Made by a program: the position numbers and the translations under genes. From the NCBI GenBank assembly GCA_041674405.1, contig JBAYVT010000004.1:90001-122000 (forward strand): a stretch of DNA of 32,000 nucleotides, in the 5' to 3' direction. The notes under the pieces are model-generated. The model was not told the DNA's origin. It made no database searches and saw nothing but the letters and a program-made list of their open reading frames with translations. The stretch comes from Patescibacteria group bacterium. Lineage in GTDB: Bacteria; Patescibacteriota; UBA1384; XYA2-FULL-43-10. Positions 7,008 to 15,444 of this stretch are shown in pieces. Every line of letters starts with the position of its first letter. Within the stretch, counting starts at the first letter, position 1.

Positions 7008-8274
7008 TCTTAAATATTGCTAGCAGCGCTTCTTTCTTCGTGTAAACATAATACCCCATAAGCAAAGCGAATAAAACACCATTCATCAAGATAAATGTAC
7101 GAATTACCGCAAGAATGCTTGGGTGCCAATACGAAACCATGACAATCTGAGCTACAAGCACGATGAAATAAAGAATTAAGAAAAAGAAGTTTTTGATGAC
7201 CATATAGTAATTTGCCATAAGATTAACCATGGAATAGAACAAAACAAACAAACCAACCTCGGGAAGAAGCGTGTATGCAGAAACATAATCAGGCCCATAT
7301 AAAATTGATACCACCTTGCCTGGCATTATCATATAAATGGCAAGCACAGCAAATGCCCCGATTAGCGTGATTATGATCGAAAAAAGAAAGATCTGATAAT
7401 GTTTGTCACCTTTGACTTTTCGCTCTGATACCATTGGGAACATGACGCTCGCAATCGGTGCTGTTACATAAAGAATAATCTTGGCAACCGTCGAGATGGC
7501 AGCGTATAAGCCAGCGCTTTGCGGATCAAAATAATGTTTAACCAGAATAATATCGATATTGAGCGAAGCAACAAGAAATAAAGACGCAATCAGTGTTGGC
7601 CAAGTGTAGGATATTATTTCCTTTTTATCGAATTTAAAAGAGTGCCCATCATGGAATTTTATTTTATTAAACATTCGCTTTATCGGCAAAAACGAAATGG
7701 AATATGCAATTATGGTGGCTAGTACTATGGCACTGACCGCTCCGTTTAATTTTAAACCTGCCATCACCAGTGCTAAGCCCAATCCAAGCCGGAGGGCCAT
7801 TTCTAAGATGTTGATTGAAGCCAGGCTTCTAAATTTTTGGAGGCCCTGAAAATATCCTTTGTTAATTACAATAAGCAGAGAGAATATTACTCCTGATAAC
7901 ACAATTGAAATTGGCATGAGTGAATTGATAGAAAAGAAATTCGCGATAGGCTTTAGAAACAAAAGGCAAACCAAAAATATTCCAACACCGATCAAAAGTA
8001 GATATTTTGTGAGAAACAAAAACAATTTTTTTAATGCATCAAAATATCGTTCGTTGAATAATTCTCCGGAGTATCTCATCGAGATGGTCAAAATTGCGCC
8101 GCTAGCTACGGCAATAATAGTTTGCAATGACATTAGGGCTGTCATCTCGCCATATTCCGTCGGACCCAAAAGCCGCCCCATCATCATATTGAACAGGTAG
8201 GAAAATAAACTGGCAATCAATGTCCCGATAAAGACAATTGAACTGCTTTTAAGTAATTTTTTGGCTTCATTCAT
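6991..8274 (-). CDS. Oligosaccharide flippase / Wzx-like polysaccharide biosynthesis membrane protein
   Basis: 427 aa polytopic; MNEAKKLLKSSSIVFIGTLIASLFSYLFNMMMGRLLGPTEYGEM is a classic MATE-like flippase N-terminus. Overlaps the 6270-7007 gene by 17 nt. Confidence 0.88.
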   Translation of the reverse strand: MNEAKKLLKSSSIVFIGTLIASLFSYLFNMMMGRLLGPTEYGEMTALMSLQTIIAVASGAILTISMRYSGELFNERYFDALKKLFLFLTKYLLLIGVGIFLVCLLFLKPIANFFSINSLMPISIVLSGVIFSLLIVINKGYFQGLQKFRSLASINILEMALRLGLGLALVMAGLKLNGAVSAIVLATIIAYSISFLPIKRMFNKIKFHDGHSFKFDKKEIISYTWPTLIASLFLVASLNIDIILVKHYFDPQSAGLYAAISTVAKIILYVTAPIASVMFPMVSERKVKGDKHYQIFLFSIIITLIGAFAVLAIYMIMPGKVVSILYGPDYVSAYTLLPEVGLFVLFYSMVNLMANYYMVIKNFFFLILYFIVLVAQIVMVSYWHPSILAVIRTFILMNGVLFALLMGYYVYTKKEALLAIFKSENES

Positions 8275-8399
8275 ACGGGTTAAACTATAGCAGGTTGATT
8301 AAGCTTCGAAAAGGCTGTTTCAAAATTAGCAAATTATCTGATAACATCGAAATGCTTGACCAACTTTTTGCAATCTCAATTTCAATAATCGAATTATAA

Positions 8400-9425
8400 A
8401 TGCCAGATAAAGAAATAATTAAAACCAGTGTTTTTGCCAGGATCGGATTTTTAGGCAACCCCTCAGATGGATTCGGCGGCAAAACAATTAGCCTGCCCTT
8501 AAAAAATTTTCAAGCCGAGACATTGGTCTGGCAATCACCAACTTTCAAATTGCTCTCAAACAGCGAAGATCAGGACGAATATGAGCATGTCGGCGACATG
8601 GCTCGATATGTCAGGGCAAATGGCTATTATGGTGGAATCAGGCTTGTCAAGGCGGCGATTGTCAGCCTTAAGAAATATTGCGAGCAACATTCGATAGAAT
8701 TTCCTGGTGGCAATTTTACTATCAGTTATCGTTCAAATATTCCGCGCCAGAGCGGTCTTGCCGGTTCGAGTGCAATCATTGTCTCGACTATCAAATCGGT
8801 AATGAAATTCTACAAACTCCCCGAAGCCAGTTTGCCACCGGAAATCCTTGCTAACATTGCAATTGCCGCTGAAACTGAGGAACTGGGCATTACTGCTGGG
8901 CTTCAAGACCGAGTGGTCCAATCTTTTGATGCCCCGGTCTATATGGATTTTGGTCCGGCAGCATTTAAAAGGCATGGAGGGATTTTTGGTGAATACAAAA
9001 AAATAAATCCGAACTTATTTCCTGAAATGTACATAGCCTGGAACGACAAACCTTCTGAATCGGGCAAAATTCACTCGGATGTTAAATCTCGCTTCCTGGA
9101 TGGTGATCAAAAAGTAGTTAATGCAATGGCAAGATTTGCCGAAATTGCCGAATCTGGGATGAGCGCCTTGCTTAAACGCGACCATGCCAAGCTTTGTGAT
9201 CTTGCAGACCAGAATTTTGATCTGCGTAGAAAAATCTACGGTGATTCTGTAATTGGGGCCGACAATCTAGCGATGATTAAATTGGCTAGAAAATTTGGCG
9301 CTGCCGCCAAGTTCCCAGGTTCAGGCGGGGCGATCATCATTATTCCACGAAATAAAGGACAGGCTGATATAATTTTAGAAGAGTTTGCGCGAAGAAAATA
9401 TAACATTGAAAGAGTAGTCGTATGA
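8400..9425 (+). CDS. GHMP kinase, glucuronokinase-like
   Basis: 341 aa; ARIGFLGNPSDGFGGKTISLPLKNF, ANGYYGGIRLVKAAI, SNIPRQSGLAGSSAI, EELGITAGLQDRVVQSF, SESGKIHS, KFPGSGGAIII: full GHMP motif set with plant-glucuronokinase-like spacing. Confidence 0.85.
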   Translation: MPDKEIIKTSVFARIGFLGNPSDGFGGKTISLPLKNFQAETLVWQSPTFKLLSNSEDQDEYEHVGDMARYVRANGYYGGIRLVKAAIVSLKKYCEQHSIEFPGGNFTISYRSNIPRQSGLAGSSAIIVSTIKSVMKFYKLPEASLPPEILANIAIAAETEELGITAGLQDRVVQSFDAPVYMDFGPAAFKRHGGIFGEYKKINPNLFPEMYIAWNDKPSESGKIHSDVKSRFLDGDQKVVNAMARFAEIAESGMSALLKRDHAKLCDLADQNFDLRRKIYGDSVIGADNLAMIKLARKFGAAAKFPGSGGAIIIIPRNKGQADIILEEFARRKYNIERVVV

Positions 9426-10309
9426 TGAGAAAGATAACAAAAGCGGTCATTCCGGCGGCTGGTCTTGGTACCCGTTTTTTGCCGGCCACCATTGCGCAAC
9501 CGAAAGAAATGCTGACAATTGTTGACAAGCCAGTGATTCAATTTGTGGTCGAAGAAGCGGTCGAAAGCGGAATTAAAGATATCCTCATTATCACCGGCCG
9601 AAGCAAGAGAGCAATCGAGGACCATTTCGATCCATCGTATGAGCTCGAAGAAATGCTTCAAAGGAAAAACAATGAAGAGCTTCTTTTGACACTTGATCGA
9701 ATTTCAAATCTCGCCAATATCCATTTTATTCGCCAAAGGCGCCAGAGAGGTCTAGCAGATGCAATATATCAAGCCAAAACTTTTATTGGCGACGAGCCAT
9801 TTGCCGTCCTCTTAGGGGATACAATCATTGATTCGAGTGATGAAAAAACCCACAATCTATCAAAAATGGCTTCGCTTTATGAAGAAACAGGGAAATCCGT
9901 AGTTGCTCTCGAGCGAGTTTCGAAGGCACAAATTTCGCGTTATGGAATAGCTGGCGGAAAAATGCTCGACAAACAGGTGATGGAGATTGACGAACTGGTC
10001 GAAAAGCCGGACCTGGTTGATGCTCCGTCGAATCTAGCGATCGCCTCACGCTATATTTTTGCAACTGGCATTTTTAGCCTGGTCGAGAAAACTAAACCCG
10101 GTGTCAATGGGGAGATTCAGATTACCGATAGTATGAAATTTCTCGCCGAAGCGGGAGAAATACTTGGTTATATCATCAGCGGCCGCCGGCATGACATCGG
10201 CAATAAGGTTGATTTCGTCAAAACAAATCTTGATTTTGCCTTAAAGCGCAAAGATACAAAAGCAGAGATCAAAAAATATATTAGAGAAATTTTGAAAGGT
10301 GAAAAATGA
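9422..10309 (+). CDS. galU: UTP--glucose-1-phosphate uridylyltransferase (GalU family)
   Basis: AVIPAAGLGTRFLPATIAQPKEMLTIVDKPVIQFVVEEAVESGI, VLLGDTIID, GVNGEIQITD. Overlaps the preceding gene by 4 nt. Confidence 0.9.
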   Translation: MMRKITKAVIPAAGLGTRFLPATIAQPKEMLTIVDKPVIQFVVEEAVESGIKDILIITGRSKRAIEDHFDPSYELEEMLQRKNNEELLLTLDRISNLANIHFIRQRRQRGLADAIYQAKTFIGDEPFAVLLGDTIIDSSDEKTHNLSKMASLYEETGKSVVALERVSKAQISRYGIAGGKMLDKQVMEIDELVEKPDLVDAPSNLAIASRYIFATGIFSLVEKTKPGVNGEIQITDSMKFLAEAGEILGYIISGRRHDIGNKVDFVKTNLDFALKRKDTKAEIKKYIREILKGEK

Positions 10310-11238
10310 AAACATATCTAATCACCGGTGGCGCTGGCTTTCTTGGGTCCAACCTGGCAATTCGTCTTATTAAGAACGGGCAGAAAGTTATTGTAGTCGA
10401 CGATTTGTTTACTGGCCGATTAAAAAATCTGGCTGAAATCAAAGAAAATCCCAATTTTAGATTTATTAAGCACGACGTCAGAAAACCTCTAAAAATTGAT
10501 GGCAATGTTGATTATGTCTGCCATTTAGCTTGCCCGGCTTCGCCGCCAGTTTATTTGATTGATCCTATACATACCCTTGAAACATCGGCAATCGGCACCC
10601 AGAATATGCTTGAATTTGCACTCTCCAAGGGGGCAAGGTTTTTTTATACTTCTACAAGTGAAATTTATGGCGACCCTTTGGTGCACCCGCAGAAAGAGAG
10701 CTATTTTGGTAATGTAAACCCATATTGCAAGCGCTCCTGCTATGATGAGGGAAAGCGCTATGCAGAGGCCCTTATTTATGAATACCGGCGCGAAAGAGGG
10801 CTAAACACGGGAATCATTCGCATTTTCAATACTTATGGTCCCAAAATGGACCCTGATGATGGTAGGGTAGTTACAAACTTCATCAAACAGGCCCTGCGGG
10901 GCGAAGATATTACCGTGCAGGGCGACGGTAAACAGACGCGTTCTTTTTGTTATGTTGACGATCAAATCGACGGTATGATAAAAATGATAAAATCCAATGA
11001 GGAAGGCCCTATCAACATTGGCAACCCAAATGAGTTTACAATCCTTGAACTTGCAAAAATTGTCATAGATTTGACAAAGACAAACTCAAAAATTGTGTAC
11101 ACCGCTCCAGTTGAATCTGATCCTAAACAGAGAAGGCCGGATATCAAATTAGCCAAGGAAAAACTAAATTGGAAGCCCAAAATCAATCTTCGTGAAGGGA
11201 TCAAAAAAACGATGGAATATCTAAAGGCAGAAATTTGA
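10306..11238 (+). CDS. SDR-family UDP-glucuronate decarboxylase-like (UDP-xylose synthase)
   Basis: ITGGAGFLGSNLA, HLACPASPPVYLIDPIHTLETSAIGTQNMLE, SEIYGDP, YDEGKRYAEAL, RIFNTYGPKMDPDDGRVV typical of UXS. Confidence 0.88.
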   Translation: MKTYLITGGAGFLGSNLAIRLIKNGQKVIVVDDLFTGRLKNLAEIKENPNFRFIKHDVRKPLKIDGNVDYVCHLACPASPPVYLIDPIHTLETSAIGTQNMLEFALSKGARFFYTSTSEIYGDPLVHPQKESYFGNVNPYCKRSCYDEGKRYAEALIYEYRRERGLNTGIIRIFNTYGPKMDPDDGRVVTNFIKQALRGEDITVQGDGKQTRSFCYVDDQIDGMIKMIKSNEEGPINIGNPNEFTILELAKIVIDLTKTNSKIVYTAPVESDPKQRRPDIKLAKEKLNWKPKINLREGIKKTMEYLKAEI

Positions 11239-11266
11239 TAATTAATATGATTGCTAAGGAAAGAAA

Positions 11267-12556
11267 ATGAAAATTGTTGTCATTGGTACTGGTTATGTTG
11301 GCTTGGTACAAGGTGTAGCATTGGCAGAATTGGGCAATGAGGTTACCTGCATTGATGTAGACGAGGATAAAATTGCAAAACTCAAAGAGGGAATTTCCCC
11401 AATATACGAGCCGGGAATCGAAGAGCTAATTAAGAAAAATCTAAAACAAGGCCGGATTACTTTCGAAACATCGCTTAAAAGATACTTGAATAAATCCGAT
11501 ATCGTATTTATCGCGGTGGGGACGCCGTCGGACGAAAATGGAAAAGCCGATTTGAAATATATTATCGCTGCAGCGGAAGAAATCGGAAAAAATATCAAGA
11601 AACCTCTTGTTATCGTAAATAAAAGCACAGTGCCGATTGGGACAGGAGAAATGGTAAAAAGTACCATCAAGAAGCACTACAAGGGAAGCTTTGACGTCAT
11701 CTCCAACCCGGAATTTTTAAGAGAAGGTTCGGCAATCGACGACTTTTTTCATCCGGATCGAGTGGTAATAGGGTGCAATGGGGACCGAGAAGCAGCAGAA
11801 AAAGTCGCTGAAGTTTACAAGGTCTTAACTTGCCCAATTGTCATAACGAACCTAGAAACCGCAGAAATGATCAAATATGCCTCAAATTCTTATCTGGCAA
11901 CCCAGATTTCATTCATCAATTCAATTGCTAATATATGCGAAAAAGTCGGTGCCGATGTAGCCGATGTCTCGCGCGGCATGAAACTGGACAAACGAATTGG
12001 CGAGCGGGCATTCCTGAGTGCCGGCATCGGCTACGGGGGATCATGTTTTCCAAAAGATGTAAGCGCAATGGTAGAAATCGCCAAAGAAACCGGAGAGGAC
12101 TTTAGGATATTGGAGGAAGTCGAGGCAGTAAACAAATCCCAAAGGCAAAGATTCGTTAAAAAAATTGTTGAGAAACTAGGCAAATTAAAAGGAAAGAGAA
12201 TCGCGATCTGGGGAGTAGCTTTCAAGGCAAAAACGGATGATATCAGGGAAGCGCCGGCGATTACAATAATGGAAGCATTAATTGATTTGGGTGCAGAAGT
12301 TTTAGCATATGACCCAGTCGCCGTGGAAAATGCGAGTAAAATTATTCCCGATGCAATCTATGTTAATCGACCAACAGACGCTTGCAAGCGTGCAGACGCG
12401 TTGCTTATTGTCACTGATTGGGACGAATTTAAACAAGTAAATCTTGATGAACTTGGCAACTCAATGAAATCAAAAGTCATTTTTGACGGCAGAAATATCT
12501 ATAACCCCGAAGATGCAAAGAAAGCTGGGTTCACATATTTTGGGATAGGTAGATAA
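11267..12556 (+). CDS. UDP-glucose 6-dehydrogenase
   Basis: MKIVVIGTGYVGLVQGVALAELGNEV, FIAVGTPSDENGKAD, NPEFLREGSAIDDFFHPDRVVIG, GIGYGGSCFPKDVSAM. Confidence 0.95.
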   Translation: MKIVVIGTGYVGLVQGVALAELGNEVTCIDVDEDKIAKLKEGISPIYEPGIEELIKKNLKQGRITFETSLKRYLNKSDIVFIAVGTPSDENGKADLKYIIAAAEEIGKNIKKPLVIVNKSTVPIGTGEMVKSTIKKHYKGSFDVISNPEFLREGSAIDDFFHPDRVVIGCNGDREAAEKVAEVYKVLTCPIVITNLETAEMIKYASNSYLATQISFINSIANICEKVGADVADVSRGMKLDKRIGERAFLSAGIGYGGSCFPKDVSAMVEIAKETGEDFRILEEVEAVNKSQRQRFVKKIVEKLGKLKGKRIAIWGVAFKAKTDDIREAPAITIMEALIDLGAEVLAYDPVAVENASKIIPDAIYVNRPTDACKRADALLIVTDWDEFKQVNLDELGNSMKSKVIFDGRNIYNPEDAKKAGFTYFGIGR

Positions 12557-12589
12557 TAGAAAGAAATATCATTATTTAAGATTAAAATT

Positions 12590-13573
12590 ATGAAAAATCA
12601 GCCCAAGGTTTCCATCATCATTCCTGTTATTGCCGTAAATGATTACATTCGCGAGTCCATCCCTGAGATTCTGAAGTTAGATTGGCCGGATTATGAGATT
12701 TTTATTTTTCCTGATCAACCTGACAAAAAACATAAATGGCCGAAAACCAAAATTATCGCATCGGGCAAAGTCGGGCCGGCAGAGAAACGCGATCTGGCAA
12801 TTAAATATGCCCAAGGCGAGATCATTGCATTTTTAGACGATGATGCATTTCCGAGAGCCGATTGGCTCAAAAAGTCGATCAAATTATTTTCTGACAAAAA
12901 AGTCGGCGCTGTCGGCGGGCCTGCGATGACACCGAAGCATGACGATACCCTACAAAAAGTTTCTGGCGCTGTTTTTGAATCTTATCTTGGCGGTGGCGGA
13001 GCGAGAAACCGCTATTTGCCGATCGGCAAAGAGTGTGAATGTGACGATTGGCCAACAGTGAATCTGCTTGTCCGCAAGGATGTTTTTGCAAAAATAGGTG
13101 GCTTCGATAATACTTACTGGCCAGGGGAAGACACCAAACTTTGCCTTGATATTTTAAGTGCCGGTTACAAAATCATGTATACGCCGGAGGCGGTCGTCTA
13201 CCACCATCGCCGATCCGACCTTGTGAAGCACTTCAAACAGATTGGAAATTATGCCCTGCATCGCGGTTTCTTTGCCAAGATCTATCCGAAAACTTCGCTT
13301 AAACTATTCTATTTCATGCCGAGTATTTTCGATCTATATCTGTTGGCGTTGATAATAATTACCCTCATTCCTCATTCCTCATCTCTTGTAATGATTGCCT
13401 CAATTCCAATTGCGCTATATGCCGTTGGGCTTATTTTGGATGCCCTTGTTATCTCATTTCGTTGGAAAAATCCATTGGTAGGATTAATCACGATACCCAT
13501 GGTCCTCTTCACTCATGTCTGGTACGGCATCCGCTTCGTTTGGGGGCTGATTATTCCAAAACTTGCTAGATAG
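12590..13573 (+). CDS. Glycosyltransferase family 2
   Basis: PKVSIIIPVIAVNDYIRESIPEIL, QGEIIAFLDDDAFPRADWL, TMA/TM C-terminus. Confidence 0.88.
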   Translation: MKNQPKVSIIIPVIAVNDYIRESIPEILKLDWPDYEIFIFPDQPDKKHKWPKTKIIASGKVGPAEKRDLAIKYAQGEIIAFLDDDAFPRADWLKKSIKLFSDKKVGAVGGPAMTPKHDDTLQKVSGAVFESYLGGGGARNRYLPIGKECECDDWPTVNLLVRKDVFAKIGGFDNTYWPGEDTKLCLDILSAGYKIMYTPEAVVYHHRRSDLVKHFKQIGNYALHRGFFAKIYPKTSLKLFYFMPSIFDLYLLALIIITLIPHSSSLVMIASIPIALYAVGLILDALVISFRWKNPLVGLITIPMVLFTHVWYGIRFVWGLIIPKLAR

Positions 13574-13586
13574 ATCTATCTAGCAA
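13563..13586. terminator. 24-nt perfect palindrome TTGCTAGATAGATCTATCTAGCAA across both convergent stop codons
   Basis: Exact inverted repeat containing the stop codons of the 12590-13573 (+) and 13576-14451 (-) genes. Confidence 0.6.
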
Positions 13587-14451
13587 ATCTCAAAATAAGT
13601 AGAACAGCAGCTATCAAAACAGCACATCCAGTCAACCTGATGATGTATGTTTTTGATGAATTTTTTTCGAGCCAGGTAGGGTAATATCTGGAGGTGATGC
13701 CAGTAATTAGTAGGGTGAAAAATGACCCGAACATTGCAAGGGCTTGTGAAACTGCCACATTCGTCAAAAATGCGATGAAAACCAATACTTGTGCGCTTAC
13801 GATAAATAAGTTGCTTAGGAAAAGTGGAAAAATCTGGATTGCGGTGACCCTGATTTCTTTTTTTGCTAGAAAATATGTTGGGCTCAAAAGAACTGCGACT
13901 CCCAATAAAGACCAGGCCTGAAAATTGAAAGGATCAAGCCCGGTATTGAGTGAAAGTTTCACGAAAATATCAGTTGCCGCATAAAGCAAAACAGCAAGGA
14001 GCATCAGTAAAATGTTTTTGTTGAAAATTGATCCCAGTCGTTGTTTGTCGTTGTAGGAAACAAGAATTCCACCAAGCACCGTCAAGGCAATTGAAAGATA
14101 GATCAGGACAGGGAATCTTTCGCCTAAAACAATAAATGACAGCAGCGTTACAAAAATGGTCTGTATGTTAAATAGCGATTGATAGACTGATACGTCGATG
14201 GAATATAAGGCTTTCCATGTCAGAAGCGTTGCAACCGCGGTGGTAGCAATATAGGCAAAATAAGGCCAACTTAGCGGATTCTGAATGTGCCCTGCCTTGG
14301 CCCAAAGAAACGGCAGAAAAATTAGTGCTGTCACATTCAACCAAAAAATCAAGGAATATAGATTCTTAATTTTGTACTTTGTTGTAATTTTGCCGGCAAT
14401 GCCGGAAAGCGAGTAGAAAAAAGCTGCTGTTAAGGACAGAAATATATACAT
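13576..14451 (-). CDS. EamA/DMT-superfamily transporter
   Basis: Start MYIFLSLTAAFFYSLSGIAGKITTKYK; two EamA-like repeats; GERFPVLIYLSIALTVLGGILVSY. The ORF track extends to 14469. Confidence 0.85.
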   Translation of the reverse strand: MYIFLSLTAAFFYSLSGIAGKITTKYKIKNLYSLIFWLNVTALIFLPFLWAKAGHIQNPLSWPYFAYIATTAVATLLTWKALYSIDVSVYQSLFNIQTIFVTLLSFIVLGERFPVLIYLSIALTVLGGILVSYNDKQRLGSIFNKNILLMLLAVLLYAATDIFVKLSLNTGLDPFNFQAWSLLGVAVLLSPTYFLAKKEIRVTAIQIFPLFLSNLFIVSAQVLVFIAFLTNVAVSQALAMFGSFFTLLITGITSRYYPTWLEKNSSKTYIIRLTGCAVLIAAVLLILRFAR

Positions 14452-14510
14452 AATGCGATTGTAGCACAAGAATTGTTAGTCCTCACCCAAAATAATTGTT
14501 TTTAAACGCA

Positions 14511-14543
14511 AGACCGCCGCCCACGTTGGGGCGGCGGCGGTCT
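14511..14543. repeat. GC-rich stem-loop AGACCGCCGCC ... GGCGGCGGTCT
   Basis: Perfect 11-bp arms (14511-14521, 14533-14543), 20 nt from the 3' end of the minus-strand TIM-barrel gene; no strong U-tract. Confidence 0.7.
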
Positions 14544-14562
14544 GCTTTTGGGAATCCGGGCG

Positions 14563-15369
14563 CTACGCATAGCGCTCGACCATCATCTTCATGTTGGCGA
14601 GGAACCACGCCATGTGGTCCTGCACGGCCGAGGGCGTGCCCAGCTTGGGCTTGTACTCGGCAACGAAGTTGATCTCGGCCGGCCGGTTGGCCGCCGAGAG
14701 AAGGTTCTCCACGATCGTGTGTGACCCGCTGTCCGTCACCGATTTCACGTGCACGGCGGCGACGTACGGCGCGAGGACCTTCACGGCCTCGTGTCGCTCG
14801 GTGCGAGTGGCGCCCAAGACAGAGCTGTCTTCGGCGGCGTTGCGATCGGCGCGAAGGAGATGCTCTGTGTCGATGACCAGCCTGCATCCCTCGTCCCGGC
14901 AGTACCGAGCAATCGTGTTGGCGGCCAGTCGATCATCAGGGTTCACCTCGTAGAGGCCGTTGGCCGCAAGGTGGTGGCTGATGTTCTCGCCGGGAAGAAG
15001 TGCCTCCACCTTTCGGCACTCGGCGATCTTCGGGAAGAACGCCCAGTCGATCGGTGTGGAAGGCATGCCCTCACCGCCGATCTGGTGGCGGAGACCCTGG
15101 AGAAGCCCGTTCACCGGGTTCCAGGCGCCTTCGTGGTACTTGACCGGCAGCGGCCAGTTCTCCCTTCCGGTTACCCCACGAAGGGGGAGAACCTGCAGGA
15201 ATTCGTAGCCAGCCTTCTGGGCCCACTTGGCCGCCATCATCGGCGAGCCATGCGCCCAGAGTGCCGTCCTCATAGCATACGGCAACAGAGACGCGATCGA
15301 AATACCGTAACCGAACACATTGGGAGTCCGTCGCAAGCTAATCACCCGTTTCTTGCCCCCATGGGACAT
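14563..15369 (-). CDS. Sugar-phosphate isomerase/epimerase-like TIM-barrel protein (tentative)
   Basis: GC-rich ORF with WAQKAGYEFLQVLPLRG, CRLVIDTEHLL, YVAAVHVKSVTDSG. Start set to ATG 15369 because the 15417 GTG overlaps the predicted -10. Confidence 0.6.
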   Translation of the reverse strand: MSHGGKKRVISLRRTPNVFGYGISIASLLPYAMRTALWAHGSPMMAAKWAQKAGYEFLQVLPLRGVTGRENWPLPVKYHEGAWNPVNGLLQGLRHQIGGEGMPSTPIDWAFFPKIAECRKVEALLPGENISHHLAANGLYEVNPDDRLAANTIARYCRDEGCRLVIDTEHLLRADRNAAEDSSVLGATRTERHEAVKVLAPYVAAVHVKSVTDSGSHTIVENLLSAANRPAEINFVAEYKPKLGTPSAVQDHMAWFLANMKMMVERYA

Positions 15370-15407
15370 ATTTGATATTCTTGGGTCATGCCCCACGGCA
15401 CCGTAAC

Positions 15408-15436
15408 AATATAACACAAATCACTAATAAAGTCAA
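15408..15436 (-). promoter_or_regulatory. sigma70 promoter TTGACT-N17-TATATT driving the TIM-barrel gene
   Basis: Minus strand: -35 at 15436-15431, -10 at 15413-15408, 17-bp spacer. Confidence 0.7.
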
Positions 15437-15444
15437 GGACATTT

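Noticed and set aside
14749-15375. 208-aa ORF on + strand (and 14591-14953 +, 14483-14887 -)
   Set aside because: GC-rich sequence keeps several frames open opposite the TIM-barrel gene. Protein is Arg/His/Gly-rich with no family motif.
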